Part shown: positions 58,712 through 61,390 of the stretch, in pieces
How positions within the stretch are numbered: the stretch's first letter is position 1
Layout of the letters: each line of letters begins with the position of its first letter
Assembly: GCA_036787065.1 (NCBI GenBank)
Contig: DAIQPZ010000001.1
Location: forward strand, 1 to 61,390
Direction: 5' to 3'
Source of the DNA: Anaerolineaceae bacterium
GTDB lineage: Bacteria; Chloroflexota; Anaerolineae; Anaerolineales; Anaerolineaceae
DNA length: 61,390 nucleotides
Position numbers and translations under genes: made by a program
The notes under the pieces: model-generated
The model's input: the letters and a program-made list of their open reading frames with translations, nothing else
What the model was told of the DNA's origin: nothing
The model's database searches: none

Positions 58712-58822
58712 GTAACTACTCAGCCATGGTAAGAAAGTTGCCGAATTTTGAGTGTTTGCGGGTGCGGAGCACCCGCAAACACTCAAAATTCGGGTCTTTT
58801 TCACACGGGTCTGAGCAGTTAC
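58712..58822 (+). mobile_element. Family-1 MITE-like element, 111-bp copy with 8-bp target-site duplication
   Basis: Ends gtaactactcag / ctgagcagttac. The flanking direct repeat gcatattc is at 58704-58711 and 58823-58830. Confidence 0.95.
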
Positions 58823-58998
58823 GCATATTCTATTCAAAGGGCTTAATTGATTTTGATTAGCCAGTGCTTAACCGAATTCAATCAAACTGGCATTAAACAT
58901 GTACGCTGATAAGGGAGGTTATCAGACCGATAATTTTTAATGCCGATTGGCAATCAACCGGCATTCCCAGTTTATTCATTCCGATCAGGAGTTTTCAA

Positions 58999-60156
58999 AT
59001 GTTATACCACCCTTCAATTGAATGTATCCTGCCCCCTTACATGCTCAAGCAGATTGTCGATCAGGGCTCCTCAGAACAACGCGAGTGGGCTGTGCGTACT
59101 CTGCGCCTTTCAGATCAAATACGGTCCCAACGCCTGGCCTTGGCGTCCACTTTGATGGCGCCTGAGCAGCACGTCGTGGCAGGCGGGGTCAAACGGCGCA
59201 CGGTTTATGATGCTCAGCAAGGTTCTACCCTGCCCGGATCAATCGTTCGCAATGAAGGCGATCTCGACGGCAGTGACCCGGCAGTCAACGAAGCCTACAC
59301 CGGCGCCGGGGCAACCTATGACCTCTATTGGGAAATATACCAGCGTAACTCGATTGATGATAAGGGCATGGCGATCGAGTCTTCTGTCCATTACCAAAAG
59401 AACTATGATAACGCCTTCTGGAACGGCAGCCAGATGGTTTATGGCGACGGCGATTCAGGACTTACCCCAGGACAGCAGCTCTTCAACCGTTTTACGATTT
59501 CCATCGATATCATCGGGCACGAACTGACCCACGGCGTCACCCAATTTACCGCCAACCTGACCTACCAGGATGAGCCAGGCGCATTGAACGAATCGATCTC
59601 CGACGTTTTTGGTTCTCTGGTTAAACAGCGCCAACTTAGCCAGACCGCAGCCGAGGCTGATTGGATTATTGGGCAGGGATTATTCACTCCTAACGTCAAA
59701 GGCGTGGGTATCCGCTCGATGAAAGCGCCTGGGACGGCTTATGACGATCCGGTCCTTGGCAAGGACCCTCAGCCGGCCAACATGAAAGATTACAATCACC
59801 TTCCGCCAACAGATGATTCGGGGGGCGTGCATATTAATTCGGGTATCCCGAATTTTGCTTTCTATTCAACCGCGCTCGCCATCGGCGGAAATGCCTGGGA
59901 AAAAGCCGGACGGATCTGGTATAAGACCCTGATAGAACAACTCAAACCTGCTTCAAACTTTCAAGATACCGCAAATCTGACCCTGACGGTGGCAGGTGAG
60001 CTTTATGGCAAGAACAGCCTGGAACAGCAGGCCGTTGTTAAGGGTTGGGCCGCCGCCGGTATTACCGCAGCGGAGATCGATTTGAATCCCGGTACCAACA
60101 CAACAGGCTGCCAGAATTTGCTCCGCGGTTTATTTAAAATAAATGCTCAGCCGTAA
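58999..60156 (+). CDS. M4 (thermolysin-family) protealysin-like metalloprotease, no signal peptide
   Basis: HELTHGVT (HExxH), GALNESISDVFG, and a short propeptide with ILPPYML (PPL-type motif). CAGGAG SD. Confidence 0.85.
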   Translation: MLYHPSIECILPPYMLKQIVDQGSSEQREWAVRTLRLSDQIRSQRLALASTLMAPEQHVVAGGVKRRTVYDAQQGSTLPGSIVRNEGDLDGSDPAVNEAYTGAGATYDLYWEIYQRNSIDDKGMAIESSVHYQKNYDNAFWNGSQMVYGDGDSGLTPGQQLFNRFTISIDIIGHELTHGVTQFTANLTYQDEPGALNESISDVFGSLVKQRQLSQTAAEADWIIGQGLFTPNVKGVGIRSMKAPGTAYDDPVLGKDPQPANMKDYNHLPPTDDSGGVHINSGIPNFAFYSTALAIGGNAWEKAGRIWYKTLIEQLKPASNFQDTANLTLTVAGELYGKNSLEQQAVVKGWAAAGITAAEIDLNPGTNTTGCQNLLRGLFKINAQP

Positions 60157-60252
60157 AAAAATAGAGAGACCCCGAATTTGAGGTGTTTGCGGGTGCGAAG
60201 CACCGCAAACACCTCAAATTCGGGTTATTATCAAACAGGTCCAGTAGACCCG
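60143..60252 (-). mobile_element. Family-1 MITE-like element between the protease and inhibitor genes; its left end overlaps the protease 3' end
   Basis: ataaatgctcagccgtaa (terminal-repeat-like, 10/12) encodes ..INAQP-stop. The core hairpin is at 60168-60226. The degenerate right end is ccagtagac. Confidence 0.75.
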
Positions 60253-60264
60253 AACAAGGGAACT

Positions 60265-60567
60265 ATGAAAATTTCCTTTAAACGCAGCGGCGGTTTCGCC
60301 GGAATGCGTCTTTCGTTCACCATCGATACCCTTAGTTTAACCGGCGGCGAGGGGCAAATTCTCGAAGACCTGGTCGAAAAGACCGGGTTCTTCGATATGC
60401 CACCCACCTTACCTTCACCACCGGGCAGCGTAGACCGCTTTCAATACCAAATCGTGGTTGAGACGTCTTCAAAACACCACGCGATCGACGTGGGGGAAGC
60501 AGCGTTACCCGACTCACTCCGTCCACTGATCGATCAACTGACCAGACTGGCGCGATCGTCAGGTTAG
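60265..60567 (+). CDS. Emfourin-like protein (candidate protealysin inhibitor)
   Basis: 100 aa, MKISFKRSGGFAGMRL..DRFQYQI, immediately downstream of a protealysin-like gene as in the described protealysin-emfourin operon. The ORF track start 60178 lies inside the repeat. Confidence 0.55.
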   Translation: MKISFKRSGGFAGMRLSFTIDTLSLTGGEGQILEDLVEKTGFFDMPPTLPSPPGSVDRFQYQIVVETSSKHHAIDVGEAALPDSLRPLIDQLTRLARSSG

Positions 60568-60622
60568 GACATTGATGCCAAGAAATGCCTCAATCCCAAA
60601 TAAATTGCCTGGGTATTAAAAA

Positions 60623-60657
60623 TTGACTTTTCAACCGATCTCATCTACACTTAAAGG
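60623..60657 (+). promoter_or_regulatory. Putative leaderless promoter of comM/yifB
   Basis: TTGACT (60623-60628), 17 nt, TACACT (60646-60651), 6 nt, ATG 60658. Confidence 0.4.
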
Positions 60658-61390
60658 ATGCTTGCGCGGGTTTATTCATGTGCGGTGATCGGGCTGGAAG
60701 GGGTAATCGTCGAAGTCGAAGTCGACACCGGCCCGGGCCTGCCTATGATGGTGATTGTCGGGCTGCCGGATGCGGCCGTCCAGGAAAGCCGTGAGCGCGT
60801 TCAATCTGCGGTTAAAAATGCTGGCCTGCCCTATCCACGCAAACGCGTGACGGTCAACCTGGCGCCGGCCTCCGTGCGCAAGGAGGGCCCAGCGTACGAT
60901 TTACCCATTGCCCTGGGCGTGTTGGTCGCAACTGAATTGATCCCCCCTGAAAGCCTGGAAAGCGCGCTGGTGATCGGTGAATTATCCCTGGATGGAAGTG
61001 TGCGCCACGTGCGCGGCGTGCTGCCCATGGCAGCCTTGGCGCGCCAGCAAGGTTTTAAACGCGTCTTCGTTCCCAAGACGGATTCAGCCGAAGCCGCCCT
61101 GATCCCCAACCTGGAAGTGGTTCCGGTGGAGTCTTTGAGCCACCTCGTAGCGTATCTGACCGGGCAAGAACCTGTCTGCATTGTCCCGCCGGTCAAGGTG
61201 GATGAAGGTGATATTACCGTTTTGACCGATTTCCGTGAGATCAAGGGCCAGGAACACGTCAAACGCGCCTTAGAAGTTGCGGCCGCCGGTGGGCATAATG
61301 TCCTGATGGTGGGTCCCCCCGGCTCGGGCAAGACGCTGCTTGCCAGGGCCATGCCGGCCATCCTGCCGGCCATGACCATTGAGGAAGCCC
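60658..61390 (+). CDS. comM: Mg-chelatase-like YifB/ComM family ATPase (3'-partial, runs off the window)
   Basis: My own translation gives MLARVYSCAVIGLEGVIVEVEVD..DLPIALGVL..IKGQEHVKRALEVAAAGGHNVLMVGPPGSGKT. It is not in the ORF track because there is no stop before the edge. Confidence 0.85.
   Translation, partial: MLARVYSCAVIGLEGVIVEVEVDTGPGLPMMVIVGLPDAAVQESRERVQSAVKNAGLPYPRKRVTVNLAPASVRKEGPAYDLPIALGVLVATELIPPESLESALVIGELSLDGSVRHVRGVLPMAALARQQGFKRVFVPKTDSAEAALIPNLEVVPVESLSHLVAYLTGQEPVCIVPPVKVDEGDITVLTDFREIKGQEHVKRALEVAAAGGHNVLMVGPPGSGKTLLARAMPAILPAMTIEEA

Noticed and set aside
27-60252. Could the repeated palindromes be a CRISPR array or arrays?
   Set aside because: Copies are dispersed kilobases apart in separate intergenic regions, not arrayed with short uniform spacers. 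They are ~110 bp with nested inverted repeats and target-site duplications. No cas genes are present.
27-60252. REP/BIME elements mobilised by a RAYT (some ends contain GTAG, as in ctgaGTAGttac)
   Set aside because: Three copies have perfect 8-bp direct duplications of the flanking sequence, and the units are single long nested palindromes. This fits DDE-type MITE insertion better than REP/RAYT biology. It cannot be fully excluded without the whole genome.
60831-61379. 182-aa minus-strand ORF at the right edge
   Set aside because: It is antisense to the clear comM/yifB reading frame that starts at 60658 on the plus strand. Its translation has no family resemblance.
1-61390. Search for tRNA, rRNA, tmRNA, riboswitches, prophage, integrases, toxin-antitoxin, restriction-modification or other defence genes
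   Set aside because: I could not recognise any in either strand. The non-repeat intergenic regions are short, and the larger ones (38253-38700, 44846-45060, 58831-58998) show no cloverleaf or known riboswitch cores. This is absence by eye only and should be confirmed with tRNAscan-SE, Infernal/Rfam and DefenseFinder.

Overview
This is a 61.39-kb, gene-dense chromosomal segment with about 50 intact CDS and 2 pseudogenes. I found no rRNA, tRNA or CRISPR array by eye.

Gene content is housekeeping and envelope functions:
- groES-groEL with a perfect CIRCE operator, plus trmD, gap-pgk, recJ, alr, tgt, queG, proC and a cold-shock protein.
- A BMP-family ABC importer and a NatAB-like ABC-2 exporter.
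- A ROK glucokinase, a YvcK-like protein and a GAF-PAS histidine kinase.
- A Ser/Thr kinase next to an FHA-wHTH regulator.
- A large membrane-anchored GH3, an M14 peptidase, and an M4 protealysin-like peptidase with an emfourin-like inhibitor.
- A partial comM/yifB at the right edge.

Protein style (PT-rich linkers, TM-anchored TPR proteins, lipoboxes) suggests a Chloroflexota/Anaerolineae-like organism. That is an impression I cannot verify without a search.

The main signal not explained by genes is a very dense population of ~110-bp nested-palindrome, MITE-like elements:
- Family 1 has 13 hairpin-bearing copies plus 2 fragments. A related family 2 has 2 full copies plus 1 half copy.
- Three copies have perfect 8-bp target-site duplications.
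- Sequence variants are compensated between the two arms, and the apex occurs in both orientations (flip/flop).
- Several copies supply the last codons or the stop codon of flanking genes.
- No transposase is encoded in the window.

A second recurring signal is probable leaderless mRNAs. At least 11 genes have a -10 hexamer (often a -35 as well) ending 6-9 nt before the start codon, with no Shine-Dalgarno.

Two genes are decayed: a frameshifted NlpC/P60 and an internally deleted class-III aminotransferase. I recognise no defence island, prophage or secondary-metabolite cluster.

All calls come from reading the sequence and the ORF translations. No database search was possible.
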